DNA of 40,469 nt, from sequence record KY979108; one strand, 5' to 3'. Position numbers and translations under genes: made by a program. The stretch is from Escherichia phage ECP1. Shown piece by piece: positions 1 to 9,124 of the stretch. Numbering within the stretch: position 1 is the first letter of the stretch; each line of letters opens with the position of its first letter. Under the pieces are notes generated by a model. It was not told the DNA's origin. It saw nothing but the letters and a program-made list of their open reading frames with translations, and made no database searches.

Positions 1-15
1 AAGCAGGAGTGAAAC

Positions 16-333
16 ATGGGCGTCGTTAAGTTAGCTGATTACAGGCATAACCCTGTACAACATCAGGAGGCATCCAGTATGGGGTATGTCTCTATACACC
101 GCCAGTTTATGGACAGCAGGCTCTATAAGGACTCTCAGGCAGTACATCTTTGGCTTCACTTAATCCTCAAGGCTAATCACGAATCTACTGTCGTCAATAC
201 GGATATCGGTCCGATAACTGTTGATCGCGGTCAGATGATAACTGGACGCCCGTCGCTGGTCAGAGAAACATTCATCCCCGACAACAAAGTTCGGAGCTTA
301 TTACGGACTTTTGAGTCCGAAAGGGATGCTTAA
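16..333 (+). CDS. Replication initiator (lambda O-like), N-terminal part; appears split from the 311..907 ORF by a frame change
   Basis: AGGAG Shine-Dalgarno 7 nt upstream of ATG at 16; sits just downstream of cII in the circular order and upstream of the iterons and DnaB helicase; frame 1 stops at 331-333 while the overlapping frame is open from 242. Confidence 0.5.
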   Translation: MGVVKLADYRHNPVQHQEASSMGYVSIHRQFMDSRLYKDSQAVHLWLHLILKANHESTVVNTDIGPITVDRGQMITGRPSLVRETFIPDNKVRSLLRTFESERDA

Positions 334-907
334 TATTTGCTCGATGGGGAAGAAATTTAGCCTGTTTACAATCGTTAAATATGACGATTTTCAGGCAAAA
401 AATTGTCCAACGGTTGTCCAACAGTTGTCCAACGCAAACACCAGTAATGGCGCGGCTCTCAGCGGAGATTGTCCAACGGTTGTCCAACAGTTGTCCATAA
501 ACAATAATATAAATAATATCTCTAATACTGACGTATTAGAGAGTGCCACAGCAGACAAAAAGTCTGACAAGAAAAAACCTTCCGTTAGCTGTCAGGATGT
601 TGTCGATGCTTACCACGAAATCCTTCCTGAAGCGCCAAGAATCCGCGCACTGAATGACAAGCGTAAAAACCAGATCCGAACGTTCTGGCGCAAAGCCGGA
701 GTGATAACCCGCCAGCTTGACGGGCATGGGTTCACGATGCAGGACTGGAGAAATTATTTGAGCTACGTAGGCGAAAATTGCCGATGGATGTTCGAAGAGC
801 GTCCAAACCATCAACGCGGAACTGTCTGGCACAAAAAGGGATTTGATTTCCTGCTTAACGATAATACCTACCTGAAAGTTCGTGAGGGTGAACACGATGA
901 CCGATAA
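311..907 (+). CDS. Replication initiator (O-like), iteron-encoding and C-terminal part; frame open from 242, TTG start reported by the ORF track
   Basis: ORF contains the direct-repeat iterons at 403..499 (translated as repeated PTVVQQLS), as the lambda O gene contains ori; immediately precedes the DnaB helicase. Confidence 0.5.
   Translation: MSPKGMLNICSMGKKFSLFTIVKYDDFQAKNCPTVVQQLSNANTSNGAALSGDCPTVVQQLSINNNINNISNTDVLESATADKKSDKKKPSVSCQDVVDAYHEILPEAPRIRALNDKRKNQIRTFWRKAGVITRQLDGHGFTMQDWRNYLSYVGENCRWMFEERPNHQRGTVWHKKGFDFLLNDNTYLKVREGEHDDR
403..499. repeat. Replication origin iterons: six copies of TTGTCCAAC (last TTGTCCATA) at 11-bp spacing, in two triplets separated by 35 bp
   Basis: Copies read directly at 403, 414, 425, 469, 480, 491. 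Confidence 0.8.
500..545. promoter_or_regulatory. AT-rich segment with perfect 24-bp palindrome TCTCTAATACTGACGTATTAGAGA (519..542), likely the ori unwinding element
   Basis: Lies directly downstream of the iterons; origin architecture of iterons plus AT-rich region. Confidence 0.5.
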
Positions 908-2333
908 TTTTTATGCGCCGCCCCATAGCATCGAGGCAGAGCAGGCGGTGATTGGTGGATTGCTTCTGGATGATGACAGCAGTGAGCGCGTCCAGAAAGT
1001 TCTGGCGATGCTGAAGCCTGATTCATTTTACAGCCGACCACACAAAATCATTTTCGAAGAAATAACCAGAATGCACCGTGAGCAAAAGCCAGTAGATGGC
1101 CTGACGCTTTTCGATGAACTGGAGCGTAAATCGTTAACTGTGTCTGTTGGCGGTTTTGCTTATATCGCTGAGATCGCAAAGAACACGCCAAGCGCAGCAA
1201 ACATCGTTGCCTATGCAATGCAGGTTCGTGAAACCGCAATGGAACGCTACGCCATCAACCGCATGACTGAAGCGACGGAATTGCTCTATTCCCGCAACGG
1301 AATGACTGCAACGCAGAAGTACGAAGCTATTCAGTCGATTTTCACGCAACTGACAGACCATGCAAAAACCGGATCGCGTCGCGGCCTTCGTTCATTTGGT
1401 GAGGTCATGGAAGACTGGGTTAGCGACCTTGAGAAGCGATTTGACCCATCAGGCGAACAACGGGGAATGAGCACAGGGATCCCATCGCTGGACAGGATGC
1501 TGTCACCGAAAGGTCTGGTGAAAGGCTCTCTGTTTGTCATTGGCGCTCGCCCTAAGATGGGGAAAACGACGCTATACAGCCAGATGGCAATCAATTGCGC
1601 AGTGCATGAGAAAAAGCCCGCTTTGATGTTCAGCCTTGAAATGCCAGGTGATCAGATACTGGAAAAACTGGTAGGGCAGAAGTCTGGTGTTAACCCGAAT
1701 ATTTTTTACCTTCCGGCGACAAATGACGCTGATGACGGCTATCAGGGTGATTACGATGGTGACTTCAACAGGGCGATCGAAACAGCTAATCGCTTGAGTG
1801 AAATCGACATGCTTTACATCGACGACACGCCGGGATTATCTCTGGCTCAAATCGTCAGCGAAAGCCGTCGAATCAAGCGAGAAAAAGGATGTGTTGGCAT
1901 GATTCTGGTCGATTACCTGACACTAATGACCGCTGAGAAGGCCGATCGCAACGACCTTGCTTACGGCATGATCACCAAAGGACTGAAGAACCTTGCCAAA
2001 GAGCTTGATTGCGTTGTTGTGCTTCTGACGCAGCTTAACCGCGCACTGGAAAGCCGAACCAATAAACGCCCATTACCAAGTGACTCACGAGATACAGGGC
2101 AGATTGAACAGGATTGCGATTATTGGGTCGGGATCCATCGTGAAGGCGCTTTTGATGACAGTGTTCCACCTGGTGAAACTGAACTAATCCTTCGTCTCAA
2201 TCGTCATGGCAATACCGGCACGGTGTATTGCATTCAGGCAAATGGCGCTATTTATGACACAGACCAACAGTCTGCTGAAATGCGCCGACGTGAACGCGAG
2301 GAACCGCAGTCCAAGAAAAAAGGAGGATTCTGA
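897..2333 (+). CDS. Replicative DNA helicase, DnaB family (P22 gene 12 type)
   Basis: About 480 aa translation with DnaB-like N-terminus and Walker A GARPKMGKT; GAGGGTG RBS before ATG 897 (ORF track starts at GTG 882). Confidence 0.85.
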   Translation: MTDNFYAPPHSIEAEQAVIGGLLLDDDSSERVQKVLAMLKPDSFYSRPHKIIFEEITRMHREQKPVDGLTLFDELERKSLTVSVGGFAYIAEIAKNTPSAANIVAYAMQVRETAMERYAINRMTEATELLYSRNGMTATQKYEAIQSIFTQLTDHAKTGSRRGLRSFGEVMEDWVSDLEKRFDPSGEQRGMSTGIPSLDRMLSPKGLVKGSLFVIGARPKMGKTTLYSQMAINCAVHEKKPALMFSLEMPGDQILEKLVGQKSGVNPNIFYLPATNDADDGYQGDYDGDFNRAIETANRLSEIDMLYIDDTPGLSLAQIVSESRRIKREKGCVGMILVDYLTLMTAEKADRNDLAYGMITKGLKNLAKELDCVVVLLTQLNRALESRTNKRPLPSDSRDTGQIEQDCDYWVGIHREGAFDDSVPPGETELILRLNRHGNTGTVYCIQANGAIYDTDQQSAEMRRREREEPQSKKKGGF

Positions 2334-2361
2334 TGACCATCTACATCACTGAGCTAATAAC

Positions 2362-2392
2362 AGGCCTGCTGGTAATCGCAGGCCTTTTTATT
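2362..2392 (+). terminator. Rho-independent terminator hairpin AGGCCTGC/GCAGGCCT followed by T-run
   Basis: Inverted repeat plus TTTTTATTT immediately after the helicase stop. Confidence 0.5.
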
Positions 2393-2409
2393 TGGGGGAG
2401 AGGGAAGTC

Positions 2410-2850
2410 ATGAAAAAACTAACCTTTGAAATTCGATCTCCAGCACATCAGCAAAACGCTATTCACGCGGTACAGCAAATTCTTCCAGACCCAACCAAAC
2501 CAATCGTAGTAACCATTCAGGAACGCAACCGCAGCTTAGACCAGAATCGAAAGCTTTGGGCTTGCCTTGGTGACGTCTCTCGTCAGGTTGAATGGCATGG
2601 TCGCTGGCTGGATGCAGAAAGCTGGAAGTGCGTGTTTACCGCAGCATTAAAGCAGCAGGACGTTGTTCCTAACCTTGCCGGGAATGGCTTTGTGGTAATA
2701 GGCCAGTCAACCAGCAGGATGCGTGTAGGCGAATTTGCGGAGCTATTAGAGCTTATACAGGCATTCGGTACAGAGCGTGGCGTTAAGTGGTCAGACGAAG
2801 CGCGACTGGCTCTCGAATGGAAAGCGCGATGGGGAGATCGGGCTGCATGA
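2410..2850 (+). CDS. ninB: NinB recombination protein
   Basis: Translation MKKLTFEIRSPAHQQNAIHAVQQ... matches lambda NinB as I remember it; RBS before ATG 2410. Confidence 0.85.
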   Translation: MKKLTFEIRSPAHQQNAIHAVQQILPDPTKPIVVTIQERNRSLDQNRKLWACLGDVSRQVEWHGRWLDAESWKCVFTAALKQQDVVPNLAGNGFVVIGQSTSRMRVGEFAELLELIQAFGTERGVKWSDEARLALEWKARWGDRAA

Positions 2851-3374
2851 CTATCAAATCAAATACGCCAGCACACGACAAGGACTGCTGGCAAACGCCG
2901 CTTTGGCTTTTTGATGCACTGGATATTGAGTTTGGATTCTGGCTTGATTCGGCAGCGAGCGACAAAAATGCTCTGTGCGCTCACTGGCTAACTGAGGCTG
3001 ACGACGCGCTAAATTCTGAGTGGATAAGCCACGGTGCAATCTGGAATAACCCACCGTACAGCAATATCAGGCCGTGGGTGGAAAAAGCCGCTGAGCAGTG
3101 CATACAACAGCGACAGACGGTAGTGATGCTTGTGCCAGAGGATATGTCAGTCGGATGGTTCAGCAAGGCTCTGGAGAGTGTCGACGAAGTTCGCATTATC
3201 ACTGATGGACGGATTAATTTTATCGAACCATCGACGGGGCTGGAGAAGAAGGGAAACAGCAAAGGCTCCATGCTGCTGATTTGGCGACCTTTCATCAGTC
3301 CTCGACGGATGTTTACTACCGTATCCAAAGCGGCATTGATGGCGATCGGGCAGGGCGTCAGGAGGGCTGCATGA
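2847..3374 (+). CDS. Phage DNA N6-adenine methyltransferase
   Basis: NPPY motif (WNNPPYS) typical of N6-adenine methyltransferases; ATG overlaps the ninB stop (ATGA). Confidence 0.75.
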   Translation: MTIKSNTPAHDKDCWQTPLWLFDALDIEFGFWLDSAASDKNALCAHWLTEADDALNSEWISHGAIWNNPPYSNIRPWVEKAAEQCIQQRQTVVMLVPEDMSVGWFSKALESVDEVRIITDGRINFIEPSTGLEKKGNSKGSMLLIWRPFISPRRMFTTVSKAALMAIGQGVRRAA

Positions 3375-3547
3375 GGCGACAGCGACGAAGTATCACCGAC
3401 ATCATCTGCGAAAACTGCAAATACCTTCCAACGAAACGCTCCAGAAATAAACCCAAGCCAATCCCGAAAGAATCTGACGTAAAAACCTTCAACTACACGG
3501 CTCACCTGTGGGATATCCGGTGGCTAAGACATCGTGCGAGGAAATGA
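3371..3547 (+). CDS. ninE: NinE-like small protein
   Basis: Small basic protein in the nin-region position, [20 protein letters not shown]...; start overlaps the methyltransferase stop. Confidence 0.6.
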   Translation: MRRQRRSITDIICENCKYLPTKRSRNKPKPIPKESDVKTFNYTAHLWDIRWLRHRARK

Positions 3548-3951
3548 CAATGCTTTTAATTCAACCTGGATTTGGACTTAGCATCAAAAAAGGCCACATG
3601 TTTGGCGAGAAAGAGTCACAACGAAAAATGGTGTCTATCCGGTTGCCATTTATCAGTATTTATTGGCTAAACAGGGAGGCAACAAATTATTGGTATACAT
3701 GCGCCAGAGCAGCATTTAACGACCCTGACTGGTTTGTGAAAAACCACCACGCAGTTCGTCAGGCAAAGAGAAAGGCCAACATGACATACATGAAGGCGTA
3801 TCAAAAAGCATGGAAAGAACACCGCGATCGATACCAGCAAGACATGGAAAAGCTTGAATCAGAAAACATGGAATTAAGACGAAAGCTTGGTGAAGCAAAA
3901 CGAGACATTGATGCTTACAAGCGACTTTTTAATGGTGAAAGCCATGCTTAG
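3544..3951 (+). CDS. Hypothetical nin-region protein with coiled-coil C-terminus
   Basis: ORF with translationally coupled start; no recognisable family. Confidence 0.4.
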   Translation: MTMLLIQPGFGLSIKKGHMFGEKESQRKMVSIRLPFISIYWLNREATNYWYTCARAAFNDPDWFVKNHHAVRQAKRKANMTYMKAYQKAWKEHRDRYQQDMEKLESENMELRRKLGEAKRDIDAYKRLFNGESHA

Positions 3952-4120
3952 CCCATCCCAATCCCTCCAATACCAGAAAGAAAGCGTCGAGCGGGCTTTA
4001 ACGTGCGCTAACTGCGGTCAGAAGCTGCATGTGCTGGAAGTTCACGTGTGTGAGCACTGCTGCGCAGAGCTGATGAGCGATCCGAATAGCTCAATGTACG
4101 AGGAAGAAGACGATGAGTGA
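3944..4120 (+). CDS. ninF: NinF-like zinc-ribbon protein
   Basis: [40 protein letters not shown]... with CxxC...CxxC pattern, lambda NinF-like. Confidence 0.65.
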   Translation: MLSPSQSLQYQKESVERALTCANCGQKLHVLEVHVCEHCCAELMSDPNSSMYEEEDDE

Positions 4121-4382
4121 TTTCTCTGAGCTTATTTCCTTCAAAAAAGACAGAGAAGAAATGCGGACTGAATCTGTCTATTACGTTCAACACCGGAATA
4201 AACGCTCTGTGCTTGATCAGGAGCTGGTTATTACCGGAGACCTGGCATTCAGAACATATAAGGCCAGCATGGAAATGAAGGATTTCCCTAAATGTGGTTC
4301 TGAAAGAGAAGCCGCGTTAAAGCTGGCTGAGTGGATGCAGAGAATGGCTGCTGCAATTGAGAATTACTGGAGTGAACCATAA
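4113..4382 (+). CDS. Hypothetical phage protein
   Basis: ORF coupled to neighbours in the nin operon. Confidence 0.4.
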   Translation: MSDFSELISFKKDREEMRTESVYYVQHRNKRSVLDQELVITGDLAFRTYKASMEMKDFPKCGSEREAALKLAEWMQRMAAAIENYWSEP

Positions 4383-4672
4383 TGGCTAACCTACGCAAAG
4401 AAGCACGCGGCAGAGAATGCCAGGTACGTATTTACGGCATATGCAATGGCAATCCTGAAACTACAGTTCTGGCACATTACCGGATGGCTGGAATTTGCGG
4501 AGCGGGAATGAAGCCTGACGACCTGATCGGTGCATGGGCTTGTAGCGCGTGTCACGATGAAATCGACCGACGCACCCATAACCTCGACAACAAAGACGCC
4601 AGACTTTACCACCTCGAAGGCGTGATCAGGACGCAGGCGATACTGCTGAAGGAGGGAAAGATTAAGTCATGA
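4382..4672 (+). CDS. Small cysteine-rich nin-region protein (possibly DUF1364-like)
   Basis: 96 aa with CxxC and HxxxxC spacing; family assignment is from memory only. Confidence 0.45.
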   Translation: MANLRKEARGRECQVRIYGICNGNPETTVLAHYRMAGICGAGMKPDDLIGAWACSACHDEIDRRTHNLDNKDARLYHLEGVIRTQAILLKEGKIKS

Positions 4673-5031
4673 ACGAATATCAGTTTGTGCTTCCATACCC
4701 GCCGTCGGTGAATACCTACTGGCGAAGACGGGGAAGCCAATACTACATCAGCGATAAAGGCCAGAAATACCGAAAAGACGTTCAGCAAATCATCCGCCAA
4801 CTCAAGTTAGACATTTTCACCAAATCACGACTCCGCATCAAAGTCATCGCAGACGTTCCAGACTCCCGCCGCCGCGACCTCGATAACATCCTGAAAGGTT
4901 TACTCGACTCTCTTATCCACGCCGGATTTGCGGAAGACGACGAGCAATTCGATGACATTCGCGTAATTCGTGGCGTGAAAGTACCAGGCGGAAGGCTTGG
5001 AATAAAAATCACCGAACTGGAGAGCGTATGA
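4669..5031 (+). CDS. rusA: RusA Holliday junction resolvase
   Basis: 120 aa, MNEYQFVLPYPPSVNTYW... with acidic catalytic residues typical of RusA. Confidence 0.85.
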   Translation: MNEYQFVLPYPPSVNTYWRRRGSQYYISDKGQKYRKDVQQIIRQLKLDIFTKSRLRIKVIADVPDSRRRDLDNILKGLLDSLIHAGFAEDDEQFDDIRVIRGVKVPGGRLGIKITELESV

Positions 5032-5216
5032 ACGCCACAATTCAAACGATACCAGAGCTTCTTATCCAGACACGAGGCAATCAGACCGAAGTGGCGAGGA
5101 TGCTTTCCTGCGCAAGAGGAACAGTGCTCAAGTACAACCGAGACAGCAAAGGCGAGCGTCATGTAATAGTTAACGGCGTCCTGATGGTCAAACAGGGCAA
5201 GAGGGGAAGACGATGA
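5028..5216 (+). CDS. ninH: NinH-like protein
   Basis: 62 aa with GNQTEVARMLSCARGTV HTH-like motif as in lambda NinH. Confidence 0.7.
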   Translation: MNATIQTIPELLIQTRGNQTEVARMLSCARGTVLKYNRDSKGERHVIVNGVLMVKQGKRGRR

Positions 5217-5836
5217 GACTCGAAAGCGTAGCTAAATTTCATTCGCCAAAAAGCCCGATGATGAGCGACTCACCACGGGCTACGGCTTCTGACTCTCTTT
5301 CCGGTACTGATGTGATGGCTGCTATGGGGATGGCGCAATCACAAGCCGGATTCGGAATGGCTGCATTCTGCGGTAAGCATGAACTCAGCCAGAACGACAA
5401 ACAAAAGGCTATCAACTATCTGATGCAATTTGCACACAAGGTATCGGGGAAATACCGTGGCGTTGCAAAGCTTGAAGGAAATACTAAGGCAAAGGTACTG
5501 CAAGTGCTCGCAACATTCGCTTATGCGGATTATTGCCGTAGTGCCGCGACGCCGGGCGCAAGATGCAGAGATTGCCACGGTACAGGCCGTGCGGTTGATA
5601 TTGCCAAAACAGAGCTGTGGGGGAGAGTTGTTGAGAAAGAATGCGGAAGATGCAAAGGTGTCGGCTATTCAAGAATGCCAGCAAGTGCAGCATATCGCGC
5701 TGTGACGATGCTAATCCCAAACCTTACCCAACCCACCTGGTCACGCACTGTTAAGCCGCTGTATGACGCTCTGGTGGTGCAATGCCACAAGGAAGAGTCA
5801 ATCGCAGACAACATTTTGAACGCGGTCACACGTTAG
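5213..5836 (+). CDS. Q: Late-gene antiterminator Q
   Basis: Position immediately upstream of PR' and the lysis cassette; zinc-finger-like CRDCHGTG...CGRCKG motif. Confidence 0.75.
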   Translation: MRLESVAKFHSPKSPMMSDSPRATASDSLSGTDVMAAMGMAQSQAGFGMAAFCGKHELSQNDKQKAINYLMQFAHKVSGKYRGVAKLEGNTKAKVLQVLATFAYADYCRSAATPGARCRDCHGTGRAVDIAKTELWGRVVEKECGRCKGVGYSRMPASAAYRAVTMLIPNLTQPTWSRTVKPLYDALVVQCHKEESIADNILNAVTR

Positions 5837-5878
5837 CAGCATGATTGCAACGGATGGCAACATATTAACGGCACAATA

Positions 5879-5907
5879 TTGACTTATTGAATAAAGTTGG
5901 GTAAATT
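5879..5907 (+). promoter_or_regulatory. Late promoter PR' (-35 TTGACT, 17-bp spacer, -10 TAAATT) with adjacent qut region
   Basis: Near-identical to the lambda PR' sequence as remembered. Confidence 0.75.
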
Positions 5908-5942
5908 TGACTCAACGATGGATAAATGCACTCGTTAAATAA

Positions 5943-5976
5943 AGCCCTGAGTTAATAGCTCGGGGCTTTTTGCGTT
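5943..5976 (+). terminator. tR'-like terminator closing a short leader RNA
   Basis: 9-bp stem (AGCCCTGAG/CTCGGGGCT) followed by TTTTT. Confidence 0.65.
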
Positions 5977-6269
5977 TTAATCACGACCTTTCTGAAAGCA
6001 CATCAAACCAAATACCAGACAGACAAAAATAATCACCTTATCCGCTGTGGCTACGGTGCGGTGTGCTTTGCATAAAAGAAAACCAGCGCAATGGCTGGCT
6101 TCGTGAAAGCGGGTGGCAAGAGGTTGCGCTAACAACCTCCTGCCGTTTTGCCCGTGCATATCGGTCACGAACAAATCTGATTACTAAACACAGTAGCCTG
6201 GATTTGTTCTATCAGTAACCGACCATATTCCTAATTAAATAGAGCAAATCCCCTTATTGGGGGTAAGAC

Positions 6270-6593
6270 ATGAAGATGCCAGAAAAAAATGACCTGTTAG
6301 CCGCCATTCTCGCGGCAAAGGAACAAGGCATCGGGGCAATCCTTGCGTTTGCAATGGCGTACCTTCGCGGCAGATATAATGGCGGTGCGTTTACAAAAAC
6401 AGTAATCGACGCAACGATGTGCGCCATTATCGCCTGGTTCATTCGTGACCTTCTCGGCTTCGCCGGACTAAGTAGCAATCTCGCTTATATAACGAGCGTG
6501 TTTATCGGCTACATCGGTACTGACTCGATTGGTTCGCTTATCAAACGCTTCGCTGCTAAAAAAGCCGGAGTAGAAGATGGTGGAAATCAATAA
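6270..6593 (+). CDS. S: Class I holin S with dual-start motif (Met1-Lys2-Met3)
   Basis: 107 aa, near-identical to lambda S as remembered. Confidence 0.9.
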   Translation: MKMPEKNDLLAAILAAKEQGIGAILAFAMAYLRGRYNGGAFTKTVIDATMCAIIAWFIRDLLGFAGLSSNLAYITSVFIGYIGTDSIGSLIKRFAAKKAGVEDGGNQ

Positions 6594-7053
6594 TCAACGT
6601 AAGGCGTTCCTCGATATGCTGGCATGGTCAGAGGGAACTGATAACGGACGTCAGAAAACCAGAAATCATGGTTATGACGTCATTGTAGGAGGAGAGCTAT
6701 TCACTGATTACTCCGATCACCCTCGCAAACTTGTCACGCTAAACCCCAAACTCAAATCAACAGCCGCCGGACGCTACCAGCTTCTTTCCCGTTGGTGGGA
6801 TGCCTACCGTAAGCAGCTTGGCCTGAAAGACTTCTCTCCGAAAAGCCAGGACGCTGTGGCATTGCAGCAGATTAAGGAGCGTGGCGCTTTGCCGATGATT
6901 GATCGTGGTGATATTCGTCAGGCAATTGACCGTTGCAGCAATATCTGGGCTTCACTGCCGGGCGCTGGTTATGGTCAGTTCGAGCATAAGGCTGACAGCC
7001 TGATTGCAAAATTCAAAGAGGCTGGCGGAACGGTCAGAGAGATTGAGGTATGA
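6577..7053 (+). CDS. R: Endolysin R (lytic transglycosylase)
   Basis: 158 aa, near-identical to lambda R as remembered. Confidence 0.9.
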   Translation: MVEINNQRKAFLDMLAWSEGTDNGRQKTRNHGYDVIVGGELFTDYSDHPRKLVTLNPKLKSTAAGRYQLLSRWWDAYRKQLGLKDFSPKSQDAVALQQIKERGALPMIDRGDIRQAIDRCSNIWASLPGAGYGQFEHKADSLIAKFKEAGGTVREIEV

Positions 7054-7487
7054 GCAGAGTCACCGCGATTATCTCCGCTCTGGTTATCTGCATCATCGTC
7101 TGTCTGTCATGGGCTGTTAATCATTACCGTGATAACGCCATTACCTATAAAGAGCAGCGCGATAAGGCCACATCCACAATCGCTGACATGCAGAAGCGTC
7201 AACGTGATGTAGCAGAACTCGACGCCAGATACACAAAGGAGCTTGCTGATGCTAACGCGACTATCGAAAGTCTCCGTGCTGATGTTTCTGCTGGGCGTAA
7301 GCGCCTGCAAGTCGCCGCCACCTGTGCAAAGTCAACGACCGGAGCCAGCGGCATGGGCGATGGAGAAAGCCCAGGACTTACAGCAGATGCTGAACTCAAT
7401 TATTACCGTCTCCGAAGTGGAATCGACAGGATAACCGCGCAGGTTAACTACCTGCAGGAGTACATCAGGACTCAGTGCCTGAAATAA
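7050..7487 (+). CDS. Rz: Spanin inner-membrane subunit Rz
   Basis: N-terminal TM segment, follows R with overlapping start. Confidence 0.85.
   Translation: MSRVTAIISALVICIIVCLSWAVNHYRDNAITYKEQRDKATSTIADMQKRQRDVAELDARYTKELADANATIESLRADVSAGRKRLQVAATCAKSTTGASGMGDGESPGLTADAELNYYRLRSGIDRITAQVNYLQEYIRTQCLK
7243..7434 (+). CDS. Rz1: Spanin outer-membrane lipoprotein Rz1, embedded in Rz in the +1 frame
   Basis: Signal peptide with lipobox (LLGVSAC) and proline-rich mature region, fully inside Rz. Confidence 0.75.
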   Translation: MLMLTRLSKVSVLMFLLGVSACKSPPPVQSQRPEPAAWAMEKAQDLQQMLNSIITVSEVESTG

Positions 7488-7518
7488 TTTTTTTGCAAAT
7501 CACAAAATCCATTTAATG

Positions 7519-7573
7519 AGCCTCGCGATGCGGGGCTTTTTGCAATAAATGCGTACCGCAACGCATGTTTTTT
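7519..7573 (+). terminator. Two tandem rho-independent terminators after the lysis cassette
   Basis: Hairpin AGCCTCGC/GCGGGGCT plus T5 (7519..7546) and hairpin ATGCGT/ACGCAT plus T6 (7549..7573). Confidence 0.55.
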
Positions 7574-7688
7574 ACACCGAACCTGCCCCTTTGGAATGGG
7601 CCTTTGAGGATACCAGTTAGTGCTGGCGAGCCTCGGTGGGCTGGTTTCCTGTGCGGCAAAGGTTCATTTCAAAGAGTAGGTACACGCT

Positions 7689-8186
7689 ATGAAATCATTA
7701 ACCCTCTTCAATCAACCAATTCGTATCGGTGAAGATGGCATGATCTGCCTCACTGATATGTGGAAAGCCAGTGGTAAAAGTGAATCTGAATCGCCTTACC
7801 ACTACCTGCGAAACAAGCAGACCAAAGAGTTCTTAGCCGAGCTGGAGAAAAACCACGAATCTGTGGTTTTTACTGAGCGCGGTGTACACGGTGGAACATA
7901 TGGCGGGAAGTTTGTTGCTTACGATTATGCGGCTTGGTTAAACCCCGGGTTCAAGTACGCGGCCTATAAAGTCCTCGATGACTACTTCACCGGAGAACTT
8001 CAGCATCGCAACAGCTTAAGTGCGCAGCTCAACATGAAATGTCATGAGTTTGACCAGAAGAAAGACATGGCGAGCTTCTGCGGACAAGGGCTGGCAGCAT
8101 GGCGCTATACGAAGCCAGTGTTGGTCGCTGAGATTAACTCCCTGGCTAACCAGCTGCAGATTACGATCCCCGGGCTTCCGGGATGA
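7689..8186 (+). CDS. KilA-N domain protein
   Basis: N-terminal region resembles KilA-N DNA-binding domain pattern. Confidence 0.5.
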   Translation: MKSLTLFNQPIRIGEDGMICLTDMWKASGKSESESPYHYLRNKQTKEFLAELEKNHESVVFTERGVHGGTYGGKFVAYDYAAWLNPGFKYAAYKVLDDYFTGELQHRNSLSAQLNMKCHEFDQKKDMASFCGQGLAAWRYTKPVLVAEINSLANQLQITIPGLPG

Positions 8187-8452
8187 GTGATCGTGTTATT
8201 GAATGCGCCTCCAGAGCGGGGCGCGACTTCTCAGAGTTCATGAAAGGCGAGAAGGGCATGATGGAAGCATTGGCCTCGGTGGATGAGTTTGGCGAGCAGC
8301 TGCGCCTCAACGGCTGTGTCAATCATCACTTTGTTAGCTACATGATGCGGAACTCGATCATGCAGGCATTCATGGACATGGCAAAAGCCGAGAGGAAAGA
8401 AGAGCGCCGGCATAAGCGAGCGGAAGCAAAAGCAAAAGCAAAAGTGAAGTAG
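8183..8452 (+). CDS. Hypothetical protein
   Basis: ORF coupled to the KilA-N gene; lysine/alanine-rich basic C-terminus. Confidence 0.4.
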   Translation: MSDRVIECASRAGRDFSEFMKGEKGMMEALASVDEFGEQLRLNGCVNHHFVSYMMRNSIMQAFMDMAKAERKEERRHKRAEAKAKAKVK

Positions 8453-8613
8453 CCATTACAAAGCTCACCTGCTGGTGGGCTTGATAATGGTTATCCCCAC
8501 AAAAGGATATTCTGTCAAATATCCCGAGTAGGGTATAGACATAACAGCATTCATTCACGGGTTGCCTGTAATAATGCTATAAATGATTACCTTAAAAATA
8601 AAATGGTGATCAT

Positions 8614-9090
8614 ATGCAACGCTTCGTTGAGTCAATCAGAAGGTCTCTACAAACTCAAAATTGGTTTGCTGCAATTTTTATGGCACTAGCTATGCCAGAT
8701 ATTTGTGGGGCTTTGGAAGATCCAGATGCAAATGTCGGAGAAAGGTATAGGGATTGGTTTGCTAGGTATTTAGCACCGAAGTATACGCGTCGCTATGTAC
8801 AGTTTACGGCTCAGGACTGTTACAAATTTCGATGCAAGTGTTTGCATCAGGGATTGGCTGTTCGAGATAATAACGAAAAGTTTTCTTTGACTCCGCCGAT
8901 TCCGCCACATCAATTTCATTTAAACTCATATGATGGCGTAATTCAGTTACAAATCGATCTTCTTTGCGAGGATATATGCTTAGCTGTTGAGGAGTGGGCT
9001 AGAGATGTTGAGGATAACAATGAAGTGCAAAATCGCATATTAGAACTAATCAATATTCATTTCCCTCAAGGGTTTATAGAGTTTCGTTGA
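8614..9090 (+). CDS. Moron-encoded hypothetical protein (158 aa)
   Basis: Distinctly AT-rich ORF relative to flanks, with its own upstream promoter-like region and downstream terminator; no recognisable family. Confidence 0.55.
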   Translation: MQRFVESIRRSLQTQNWFAAIFMALAMPDICGALEDPDANVGERYRDWFARYLAPKYTRRYVQFTAQDCYKFRCKCLHQGLAVRDNNEKFSLTPPIPPHQFHLNSYDGVIQLQIDLLCEDICLAVEEWARDVEDNNEVQNRILELINIHFPQGFIEFR

Positions 9091-9124
9091 AACATATCAT
9101 ACAGCATTTTATTTCCTTCCTATG

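Noticed and set aside
272-487. Minus-strand ORF across the iteron region
   Set aside because: Lies antisense to the replication gene and is kept open by the repetitive iteron sequence; no independent support.
403-499. CRISPR array
   Set aside because: The repeats are 9 bp at 11-bp spacing with no spacers of CRISPR length and lie inside the replication gene; they are origin iterons.
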